IMG/VR virus record: IMGVR_UViG_2831987924_000001
Reading direction: 5' to 3' (one strand)
From: a virus
Lineage: Duplodnaviria; Caudoviricetes
Length of the DNA: 64,000 bases
Shown here piece by piece: positions 1-8,512 of the stretch (positions within the stretch are counted from its first letter, which is position 1; each line of letters starts with the position of its first letter). The position numbers and the translations under genes were made by a program. The notes below the pieces were generated by a model that was not told the origin of the DNA, did no database searches, and worked only from the letters and a program-made list of their open reading frames with translations.

Positions 1-396
1 CTCACTTGTATCAACATCTTCTTGTATGTATTCAAAGAAAATATCTAATTTCTCATTATAACTAAGTCCACTTTTTGCATCCACTTCTTCAAATAATTCA
101 TTACCATATTTCTCACGCAATTGTTTTAATCCGTTTAAAAACTTACCTTTATCTTTTTCTGTTTCTTCAGCAACTCCCATCTCAATAACATTAAATAATT
201 CATTATAATTTACATCTTTTTCATCAATGATGTTTCTGTATTTAATTTCTAATGCTTTATGTAATATATTTCCTAATTCCAAGTGCAACGCTTCTGTTGC
301 GCTTTTATTATCATCTATGTATCTTAATTTATATCTCATTGGACATTGTACAAACATATTCAAGCTACTATAACTTAATCTTGGCAATTCTTTCAC
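1..396 (-). CDS. PD-(D/E)XK nuclease family protein (AddB/Cas4-like), truncated by the window edge
   Basis: Manual translation from GTG at 396: MKELPRLSYSSLNMFVQCPMRYKLRYID...LGNILHKALE (SYS-x-CP-x-G-x-H pattern). Confidence 0.75.
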   Translation of the reverse strand, partial: MKELPRLSYSSLNMFVQCPMRYKLRYIDDNKSATEALHLELGNILHKALEIKYRNIIDEKDVNYNELFNVIEMGVAEETEKDKGKFLNGLKQLREKYGNELFEEVDAKSGLSYNEKLDIFFEYIQEDVDTSE

Positions 397-400
397 TACA

Positions 401-1447
401 TCAACCCCTAACTTTAAATTTATATTCATTATATAGACGATACCACTTATCAATATCGTCTATAGGACTTTCCTTTTTATCAAGAATTTTTTTACTCTTA
501 TCATAAATACAATACACTTTTTGAGATGGTAAAAACTTATCAAATTCTTTACGATAAAAATTCTTATCTACTTTACCTGTTTTCGGATCAATTTCAACAC
601 CCTCATCGTAAGCAATAACAATATCTACACCTAAATGAGTTAATTTTTGTACTTGAGTATCACTTAAACAATGGCTACCAATTGCGACAGTGTTTCTAAT
701 ACCGTGACTCCATGCTTTCATAACGCTTTTTTCAGCTTCAAAAACAATTACTTCTTTTTTCTCTAATATGTAAGGTTTTGTTTTATGTAATCCATATAAC
801 ACTTTTGATTTAGCACATGGTTGAATGTAAAAGTATTTTGATTCCCATTCCTCAACAACTTCTTTAAATAATCTCCCCTTCACGCCGACAAGGAATCCTA
901 ATTCGTCACGGATCGGTATGGTGATCATGTGATAATATAAATCATACCCTAATTCAAACTCCCATTGTGTTTCATAACTAATCCCTTCTTTATAAAATAA
1001 TGGATTGCCATATCGCCCAAAATAATGCAAAATATCTTCATTTATAGGCAACAACTTTTCATCATCGTCACACTTTCCTTCTTTAACAACTTTCCACATA
1101 TTACGAACCCAAGCTGCCAAGCGAGACTGTGGTACTTCTTGACCATAATAATCATAACCGCATACATCACAAATCCATTTGATCGATTCCGTAAAATATG
1201 TATTATTAACAAACGATACGAGTGATATGATGTCACTGTGACCATACGCATCTTTAATATTTCTCGTATATGCTTCTACATGCAAATTATCTTTATAAAT
1301 AACTGTACTTTTAGGATTATTTCCATCCGGCATTCCACAAGTAATATAGTTTCCTTTATCTTTTATGGAGTGCATACCCAATGCTTCAAGTATATCGATA
1401 ATTTTTTCATCTATAATAATGCGTTCTTTTAATTCTTGGGCTTCCAT
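401..1447 (-). CDS. Phage DNA primase (Toprim), YorJ-like
   Basis: IPIRDELGFLVGVKGR, LYGL, FEAEKS, IAYDEG motifs; next to the helicase. Confidence 0.85.
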   Translation of the reverse strand: MEAQELKERIIIDEKIIDILEALGMHSIKDKGNYITCGMPDGNNPKSTVIYKDNLHVEAYTRNIKDAYGHSDIISLVSFVNNTYFTESIKWICDVCGYDYYGQEVPQSRLAAWVRNMWKVVKEGKCDDDEKLLPINEDILHYFGRYGNPLFYKEGISYETQWEFELGYDLYYHMITIPIRDELGFLVGVKGRLFKEVVEEWESKYFYIQPCAKSKVLYGLHKTKPYILEKKEVIVFEAEKSVMKAWSHGIRNTVAIGSHCLSDTQVQKLTHLGVDIVIAYDEGVEIDPKTGKVDKNFYRKEFDKFLPSQKVYCIYDKSKKILDKKESPIDDIDKWYRLYNEYKFKVRG

Positions 1448-1458
1448 TTACACCACCC

Positions 1459-2895
1459 TTAATCAGCTCGTTCTAAATATCCTAATTCTACCCAAGTATT
1501 TAAATCTAAATTTACTTCATACACTAAAATTAAATCTTTCTCACCGCCCCTATTCTTTTCAACCTTTTTTGCATAATATGTTTTATTTCTTTCTAATGAA
1601 ATGTAGCCCCATTCGTCTTTACCTTTAGCTACTTTAATTTGATATTTGTCATATTTATTTTTCGGCAATCTTTTTCCTAACAACATATGATCGCAAATAT
1701 GTTTAATTTGTTTACTGTTTGCAATCATTTTTGAGTTATAATCAAAAATATCTACATCTTTTGCATCATCCGACAACTGGAAGCTTGCATATATCCCAAT
1801 ATTCAATTCATTTGCAATATCTTTTAATAACGTTGCTGTTTGTTTTAATGTATCCCATGCATCTGTCTGATACCCTTTTAACGTGTCATAAAATACATAT
1901 TTGACACCCAACAAGCTATATTTTTTAATTTCACGTTTTAAATCATCATCAGAATATTGATTCATTTCCAAGAAATAAATTTTCGAATGTTCTTCTATAT
2001 ATTTACCCACTTCTAATGCTTTCTGATACTGTTCTTCATTTTCATATGTTCCGAGTAAAACTGTGCGCTCACTTATATTGTATTCAAATCCATATTCTCT
2101 ACTGTTCATAACAGTTGATAAAATCATTGCAAAAAACTCTTCTTCATCCATTTCATTCGCTAGAATTAACACTGGAATTTGTTTCAATATACCTAAATAC
2201 GCTGCTATTTTCGCAACTTTCCTTGATTTACCTTCATTACTTAGCATTCCATCTAAAATTAATTTCTTTGGTCGCCAACCACGAAATAAATTCGTCCAAA
2301 TTTCAAATGGAAATTCTTCTCCCATATCAGGTTCTATACTCCACTCTTCAATCTTTTTAGTTGCATCGCTTCCAAGAATAATTGCTGATTTGCCACCACC
2401 AATAACTGTACTTATATGACTAATGTTATAACTCATCCAATTAATCACATCATCTGGACTCATTTTATGAAAATGTTTAGTAGACAAAAGCTTTTCAACA
2501 GGAAATCCTTTTCTAGCAAATTCACGAACTAATGAATATTTCTTAATCGTTTTAAAGTAATTCTCTGCATCGTTTACATCTGCTAAATCCATTTGTTTTT
2601 CGATTGTTTTCCATCCACCAATTTTACGATACATTTTCCAACGGTCAGGATCTTGTTGCATAAAAATATTCACTTTCGATTCTGTTACTTCTTGTGAAAA
2701 AGTTTTATAAAATACTTCGAAAGCATTGTATAAAAAGCGAACATCTTCATCATAGAAATCATATTTAGCTTTAACTAAACTTTCATAATTTATATAAAGA
2801 ATAGGTTTGGCATACAATGCTCCAATAAACAATGCTTCTGTTGTAATATCATTAGGCTCTTCTACTCGTGTTTTAACCACTAATACACACCTCAC
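1459..2895 (-). CDS. Replicative DnaB-like helicase, YorI-like
   Basis: Walker A-like SNEGKS, ANEM, VFYD, KNRGG arginine finger. Confidence 0.85.
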   Translation of the reverse strand: MRCVLVVKTRVEEPNDITTEALFIGALYAKPILYINYESLVKAKYDFYDEDVRFLYNAFEVFYKTFSQEVTESKVNIFMQQDPDRWKMYRKIGGWKTIEKQMDLADVNDAENYFKTIKKYSLVREFARKGFPVEKLLSTKHFHKMSPDDVINWMSYNISHISTVIGGGKSAIILGSDATKKIEEWSIEPDMGEEFPFEIWTNLFRGWRPKKLILDGMLSNEGKSRKVAKIAAYLGILKQIPVLILANEMDEEEFFAMILSTVMNSREYGFEYNISERTVLLGTYENEEQYQKALEVGKYIEEHSKIYFLEMNQYSDDDLKREIKKYSLLGVKYVFYDTLKGYQTDAWDTLKQTATLLKDIANELNIGIYASFQLSDDAKDVDIFDYNSKMIANSKQIKHICDHMLLGKRLPKNKYDKYQIKVAKGKDEWGYISLERNKTYYAKKVEKNRGGEKDLILVYEVNLDLNTWVELGYLERAD

Positions 2896-3620
2896 AATAA
2901 CAGTTCATCAATTACATCGGTTAATGAGAAAGAATCATCTTCTTTCTTATTTTTCACAATATGATTAATCTTTTCTTGTTCCTTCATTACTTTTTGTACT
3001 TCATTTGCTTTTTCACTTTCTTCTTTTAATCTATTTATATATTTTTTATAATCACCATAATTTCCAACAACAACAGCTAAATCATAATTCATTCGTTGCG
3101 TAGTATTTTTGAACGTTTTCTTTGCTGCAATTTTATTTAAATAATTTGCCATTCGCTGATAAATATCTAACAATATCGCATAATCAATTGGTTCGTTTAA
3201 TCCTTCGTATGTTCCTTCACGAACAGCCTTTAATTTCTTTAAAAAATAAGACGGGAGTGTTCCATCATAATAATCCATAATCCATCTTAAAAATTTATCT
3301 TTTTCTTCTTGTTCTCGGATTTCTTTTTTTGTAATCAATAATCTTTCCGCTACTTTGCGATCAGCTTCTTCTATACTCATTTTCTTTTTCTCTAATAAAT
3401 AATACCCATAGCACTCTGCATGAAAATATTTCCCTTTTTCGTCTTTCACAAACTCATGTTTTTCTGTATCAATAGACTTTACTGGCTTTACTCCCTGCTC
3501 TCTCATTTTTTTAGTAATTACAGGATCACAATAATGACATTTTAATAACACAAGTACCACCTCTTGTTTTAGGAAATAAGGGAGAAAATATTTCTCCCTT
3601 ATTTTTATATTTTTATTCAA
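2892..3620 (-). CDS. Replication-module protein, YorH-like (true start probably near 3557)
   Basis: CHYC...HAEC Zn motif, position between AAA ATPase and helicase; internal GAGGTGG RBS. Confidence 0.55.
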   Translation of the reverse strand: MNKNIKIREKYFLPYFLKQEVVLVLLKCHYCDPVITKKMREQGVKPVKSIDTEKHEFVKDEKGKYFHAECYGYYLLEKKKMSIEEADRKVAERLLITKKEIREQEEKDKFLRWIMDYYDGTLPSYFLKKLKAVREGTYEGLNEPIDYAILLDIYQRMANYLNKIAAKKTFKNTTQRMNYDLAVVVGNYGDYKKYINRLKEESEKANEVQKVMKEQEKINHIVKNKKEDDSFSLTDVIDELLL

Positions 3621-4761
3621 TTACTAACTCGTAAAATTCTTTCAACTGTTCAATATCGTCAATTTTATTATAATCTAAAGGTAGTCCTGCTTTTGTTAGT
3701 TTTGGGCGCAATGCTTTTTTCTTAACTGCTGATAGCTTATCAATTCCTTCTTTAATAGCATTTCTATAGTCTTCTACTGTTTCTAATTTAACTTCTTGTT
3801 TTTCTACAGACACATCTTCTTTCGTTACTTCGTGAATACCTTTTGCTAATACATCCTCGTCTTTTTTAACACTTTCTTCAATTGAATCTTTAACAACGTT
3901 AGATTTTTTACCTTTGTTGCCATCAATTACACATTGCCAATACAAAGGAGTTGGAGCATCGATAATTTCATTTTGTTGAAATACTTTAGTACGGTCTTTA
4001 CGCATAACTTGTGCTTTAATTGATCCGTCTTCATCTTCAAAGTGTCTTAATACTGTATAGAACTCATATTCTGCACCTTCAAAGCAATCAGGCACTTTAC
4101 CAACTTCAACTAAAGTCATTTTTCCGTCTACATTTTGCATAACTTTCTTCGTTTTTTCACGAGATGTTACTACAACATATTTGTCAGTACCAGTAATTAG
4201 CAAACGCAGTAAGTTCTTACCTTTCATTTTGATTTTGTCATGATCACGAAACTCCAATCCGGCAGTTGCTTCAGCAACAAACTGTTCCAAAGCCGTTTTT
4301 TCTTGAGCTTTTGCTTTTAATTTTGCACGTTTTTCTGATACATTGATTGCTGCAAATTTTACATTGTCAAAAATAACAGTGATACCGTCTACAACAATTA
4401 CATCTGCTCTAAATGGGTTACCATCGGCATCTAAAATCAATTCCATTTCTCCATCTTCATTTTCAATATATAAATCTTCATCATTTATTGCTTTTTTAAC
4501 CCATTCTTCAACTTCTGTATAATTTGTTGTGTAAACTAATAACAAGTTATCTAAATTAATACCTTGTGCTTCTAAATCTTCAAGGTAGTTATCTACACTT
4601 CCTGCTTCACAATCGATATATAAAACTCGCAAAGGCTTTCCTTCTTCACTTTTCATTTTCATAAAATCTAATGCAAATGAAGATTTCCACGTACCTTGCT
4701 CACCATAAACAAAGAACTTTAAACCTTTTTTTACAGTGCTTCCTCGTTTTGCTTTTGCCAT
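3613..4761 (-). CDS. AAA-family ATPase (YorG/Sak4-like recombination protein)
   Basis: YGEQGTWKSS Walker A, YIDCE, IVVDG, KDRT. Confidence 0.8.
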   Translation of the reverse strand: MAKAKRGSTVKKGLKFFVYGEQGTWKSSFALDFMKMKSEEGKPLRVLYIDCEAGSVDNYLEDLEAQGINLDNLLLVYTTNYTEVEEWVKKAINDEDLYIENEDGEMELILDADGNPFRADVIVVDGITVIFDNVKFAAINVSEKRAKLKAKAQEKTALEQFVAEATAGLEFRDHDKIKMKGKNLLRLLITGTDKYVVVTSREKTKKVMQNVDGKMTLVEVGKVPDCFEGAEYEFYTVLRHFEDEDGSIKAQVMRKDRTKVFQQNEIIDAPTPLYWQCVIDGNKGKKSNVVKDSIEESVKKDEDVLAKGIHEVTKEDVSVEKQEVKLETVEDYRNAIKEGIDKLSAVKKKALRPKLTKAGLPLDYNKIDDIEQLKEFYELVIE

Positions 4762-4818
4762 TATGTATTATACACTCCTTTTTTTATAATATTTTATGTA
4801 TTATAATTTATTTACTTT

Positions 4819-5820
4819 TCACCACGGCAAGTCCAAATCGTCTATATCTTCACTATCTCCCCAACTTGAATCAACTTGACCTTCTGAATTCAATTTCTTA
4901 ATCGCTTCTTCAATCGCTTCTTCTGTGTAAGTTTCTGTATCAATTGAATCTGGACTCGCACCTGTAATTACCAGTTCACGAACATAGCTTTTATTAATAC
5001 GCTTAAATGTATCTTCTTCACCCCATACATTTGAAGCTTCTTCTACTTCATCTGTATCAATTTTATTTACAATTTTACCCCATACATCAATAGCTGTATA
5101 TGGCTTTAATTTTCCTCTAAAATTATTAGCAAGTGCTTTATTGTAGATAATAAATTCTGCATCTTCAATAGAATTATAGTTAACAATTTTTGCTTCCACA
5201 ATAAAGCGTGGCTCTTCACTTTCATTGTCTTTTTCAATATTCATAAAAACAATTTTTTGTTTAAAATCGCTTGTTTCTTTGAAATCAGGAGATTCAAAGT
5301 CAACATTGCTAGAGTTATAAATTTGTCTTACATTAAATCGTTTATTACGTGAAACTTCTCCATTATCACGTTTAAATGATGAAAATTCAATTTCACCTTG
5401 TACAAATACAGGCATACCATCTTCTAATTGTTCATAAATTTTTTCGGCTGCATCAAACTCTGTATATGTATGTTTTACATTCTTACCGTTCTCATCTTTT
5501 TCTAATCCAACAGCAACACCGATCAATTCATATCCTTCACCTTGATCATCAAATCTTTTTGCCCACGCAACCTTCTTTGTTTCAGTTTTACCATTTCCTA
5601 CCCGTTTGCTAAAATAAACATCGTCACGTTCCATACCTTGTACTGTTACAAATACTGTTGATTCTGGAGCTGTTTCTACACCAAAATTAAGCACGTACAT
5701 TTTTTTGCCACTTCTTGTTTCAATTTCTTTAAATGTATTATCTCGTTGCATACCAGTTACATATCCCCGTAATTTGAAAATCCCTTTTGTTTGCGGTAAA
5801 CCATGTTTTGTATTTGCCAT
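4819..5820 (-). CDS. Single-stranded DNA-binding protein, YorF-like
   Basis: OB-fold-like beta pattern and acidic tail ending DIDDLDLPW. Confidence 0.7.
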   Translation of the reverse strand: MANTKHGLPQTKGIFKLRGYVTGMQRDNTFKEIETRSGKKMYVLNFGVETAPESTVFVTVQGMERDDVYFSKRVGNGKTETKKVAWAKRFDDQGEGYELIGVAVGLEKDENGKNVKHTYTEFDAAEKIYEQLEDGMPVFVQGEIEFSSFKRDNGEVSRNKRFNVRQIYNSSNVDFESPDFKETSDFKQKIVFMNIEKDNESEEPRFIVEAKIVNYNSIEDAEFIIYNKALANNFRGKLKPYTAIDVWGKIVNKIDTDEVEEASNVWGEEDTFKRINKSYVRELVITGASPDSIDTETYTEEAIEEAIKKLNSEGQVDSSWGDSEDIDDLDLPW

Positions 5821-6056
5821 ATTAATATTCCTCCTTTTGTTCCTTTTTAATTTAATATTTTTATATTTTTATTGATAATCTTTTATATTTGGAGGATCAC
5901 GCCCAATTCGTTCTATGGTACTCACCGCCTTTCAATAAAACAATTATTTTATCGTATGTTTAACACAAGATGTTGTATGTCAATTTGTTTATCACTACTA
6001 TATATTGTATTATTTTTATATTTTGTTTGATTCGTGTTGTTTAACCCTGCAATCTT

Positions 6057-6116
6057 ATCTTATAACATTTCATTTTCCTTTGTCAATATTATTTTTATAT
6101 TTTATTTAATTATTTT
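6057..6116 (-). promoter_or_regulatory. sigmaA promoter with upstream phage operator-like motif
   Basis: TTGACA (6086-6081), TAAGAT, and upstream TTAAATAAAATATAA. Confidence 0.7.
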
Positions 6117-6121
6117 ATATA

Positions 6122-7513
6122 TCAGCTTATATATTTTTGATTACGTTGCTCTCTTTCTTGCTTTTCTAACTGTTCTTTAATAATCTTTTCAATATTCGGC
6201 GTTGCAATATTTCTCGCAGCATTAATATCAGCATTCTCTTTATAACCACAAACTTGACAAATGAATTGACCTTGTTCTGGTCTCCAATCTTTTTTCTCAT
6301 AACTCTTATGTATATGACCGCATTTTGAACATCTAGCTGACGTATAAGCAGGATCAATATACACTACATCAATTCCATGTTCTCTTGCCTTATATTCTAT
6401 TTTTTGTTGTAAATCATAAAAACTCCAATTCTTTAAAAACGAATATTCTTCAGGAATAATGCCTTCTAATTTTTCCATTTGAATTGTTCCACATTTGTTT
6501 TTTAAAGCTATGTTAATAATTTCCCTGCTCCAAACATGATTCTTTAAGTTTTTAAAATTATTAATTTTCTCCCCGATATTTAAAACAGGTTTTATACGTG
6601 TCTTAATACCATGCCCTACTCGACCATCTCCAGCCCAAACAGACCATTTTTGCAACTGTTTCTTTCTTACTTCAATTTTTGTTCTAAAATCTTCAATCTC
6701 TTTTCGATCTCCAATAAACCATTTTTTATATGGCATATCATTTATAGCAACAGCAGCAGGAATGTTATATCCAATATCTATTCCCATGATTCGATTTTTA
6801 TCTAATTTTTCATCTTTCTTTTGTTCAAAAGAATAAACTAAATCAAAAAATATCTTGTTACCTTTCATAAAGATACGTGAACCACCTATTTTATATTCTT
6901 TATTTAAAACTCGTTCTAAAATAACTTTATTATATTTATCATTTGCTTTAATATAAAAACGAATATTCATATCATTAATGTTTCGTTTATGTACTTTTTC
7001 TTCTTTTTTATTCTTTGTTTTTACAGTAATACCGTTATATAGTTCTTCAGCATATTCTTTTCGCAATAAACGAACAGTGACAATATAATTATTATCGTTA
7101 CTTTTATTGATCTTTACTTGTGACCCTCTAAATAAAATTGGGTGTCCTTTTTTAAAACTTAAAAAACTTGCTTTACCTAACATAAAATCTTCTTTATTTT
7201 TCTTCATTTTTACTTTTACTTCTCTAGTTATTGTTTCAACAGAGTCACCATTCATTTTCTGAAATTCCTTCTTTAAGTTTCTGTTTATATAAGCGTCATC
7301 TGCAACACCTTCTACGTCTTTTACATTAAACTTTATCCCAAATTTACTATAATAAATCTTTTTAAAGTTGTCTGCTTCCCATAAATATTGAGCACAGCGA
7401 TTTAAACAATTCCATGTTTCGTAACTAATTTGATTTAAAATATATCGAAAAACTTCCCAATCATCATCTAAAGGTCTAACAATTTGATACCTCATTGTTT
7501 TAGTACATGTCAT
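6122..7513 (-). CDS. cas12f: Type V-F CRISPR effector Cas12f1 (V-U3/C2c10-like)
   Basis: Collinear with AsCas12f1 as recalled (RYQIVRPLD, IMGID, GHGIKTRIKP, CGTIQME, FLKNWSFYDLQQKIEYKA, CxxC/CxxC, NADINAARNIA); RuvC D/E/D intact; adjacent array and tracrRNA. Confidence 0.93.
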   Translation of the reverse strand: MTCTKTMRYQIVRPLDDDWEVFRYILNQISYETWNCLNRCAQYLWEADNFKKIYYSKFGIKFNVKDVEGVADDAYINRNLKKEFQKMNGDSVETITREVKVKMKKNKEDFMLGKASFLSFKKGHPILFRGSQVKINKSNDNNYIVTVRLLRKEYAEELYNGITVKTKNKKEEKVHKRNINDMNIRFYIKANDKYNKVILERVLNKEYKIGGSRIFMKGNKIFFDLVYSFEQKKDEKLDKNRIMGIDIGYNIPAAVAINDMPYKKWFIGDRKEIEDFRTKIEVRKKQLQKWSVWAGDGRVGHGIKTRIKPVLNIGEKINNFKNLKNHVWSREIINIALKNKCGTIQMEKLEGIIPEEYSFLKNWSFYDLQQKIEYKAREHGIDVVYIDPAYTSARCSKCGHIHKSYEKKDWRPEQGQFICQVCGYKENADINAARNIATPNIEKIIKEQLEKQEREQRNQKYIS

Positions 7514-7704
7514 TTTTTCACCTTCTTTTTTGCTTTTATTTTCTTTAATATTTTTTCAGCTTTTTCATACGTTTCGTATATCTTCATTAAAGAAACTAAC
7601 TTCTTCTTTTTAATATTTTCGCATTTTACCCATACAGATGTTCCGCGTTTTGATGGATATAATATTTCAATTCTATATATAGAATCATTTCTAATTATAT
7701 ACAT
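7510..7704 (-). CDS. Small Lys-rich protein overlapping the cas12f start (ATGA)
   Basis: GAAGGTGA RBS, 64 aa, stop/start overlap. Confidence 0.6.
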   Translation of the reverse strand: MYIIRNDSIYRIEILYPSKRGTSVWVKCENIKKKKLVSLMKIYETYEKAEKILKKIKAKKKVKK

Positions 7705-7753
7705 TTTATATCACCTTCACATTATATATTTCCATTCAATATAAATTCATCTA

Positions 7754-7981
7754 CTTCACACCATACTTGATTAATTTAAAACTATTGATACAAGCACAGC
7801 GGCAGGCAAAGCGCTGTTCTTCACACCATACTTGATTAATTTAAAACGGAGAAATTAAGGTTTTTTCATAGAATATATAATTATGCTTCACACCATACTT
7901 GATTAATTTAAAACTCGATTAGTATTGATTTCGTATCAAAATCAACATGTTCCTTCACACCATACTTGATTAATTTAAAAC
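7754..7981 (-). CRISPR. CRISPR array: 4 identical 29-bp repeats GTTTTAAATTAATCAAGTATGGTGTGAAG, spacers 36/38/38 bp
   Basis: Repeats at 7754-7782, 7819-7847, 7886-7914, 7953-7981; orientation from the GTTT...GTGAAG ends and leader position. Confidence 0.97.
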
Positions 7982-8125
7982 CCTATAATTATCAAAACTT
8001 TTCTAATTAAACACATTAATCATTTTTACAAAAACACTACATTTTTTATTCATTTTGCAGTGAACCTATTTCGCTAATCCATTGATAAATCAATATTTTT
8101 AAAATTAACTACCACTTCACTGCAA
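7982..8125 (-). promoter_or_regulatory. CRISPR leader
   Basis: AT-rich, with inverted repeat TTGCAGTGAA (8055-8064) / TTCACTGCAA (8116-8125). Confidence 0.7.
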
Positions 8126-8130
8126 TTTAT

Positions 8131-8305
8131 TTTTGTATGGTGTCTAGCCGGAGTTTGTGGCTAGAGTTTCAGCCAGCTTATTGCTGGACTACCTTATCGA
8201 GTGTTGTTCCCTTTAATTATGGTATTCGAACGATTAATATGTATTTACTCTCGTTAGGGAACACTTCTCGATCTAAGGACGCTGAATAGCCCTATGGTGT
8301 GAATT
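8131..8305 (-). ncRNA. Cas12f tracrRNA
   Basis: Minus strand has TTCAGC...CGAGAAGTG...ACTCGATAAGGTAG...GCTGAAACTC, a stem, then anti-repeat ACACCATAC, matching the AsCas12f1 tracr layout; ends approximate. Confidence 0.85.
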
Positions 8306-8373
8306 TATATTTTAAATATTATTATATTTTATTTAATAATGGTTCACATAAACATCACCTCTTTTCTATTCTT

Positions 8374-8493
8374 ATCTTATCGCTGTTGTTTTTAGTTGTC
8401 AATATTATTTTTATAATTTATTTAATTATTTTTATTAAATTATTTAGCAGCAATTTCTAATCTTATCTTACTATTGTTCAAATCTAATGTCAA
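8374..8493 (-). promoter_or_regulatory. Tandem sigmaA promoters facing tracr-array-cas12f
   Basis: TTGACA-17-TAAGAT at 8402-8374 and 8493-8465. Confidence 0.75.
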
Positions 8494-8512
8494 CACATTT
8501 TTTATAATTTTA

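Noticed and set aside
1-396. cas4 belonging to the CRISPR locus
   Set aside because: Lies in the replication operon about 6 kb away; standalone phage PD-(D/E)XK nucleases are common
6122-7513. Calling the 463-aa protein a plain IS605 TnpB transposase
   Set aside because: Adjacent array and tracrRNA plus collinearity with Cas12f1; no IS ends seen
7783-7952. Self-targeting spacers
   Set aside because: No matching protospacer found by eye in this window; the rest of the genome is unseen
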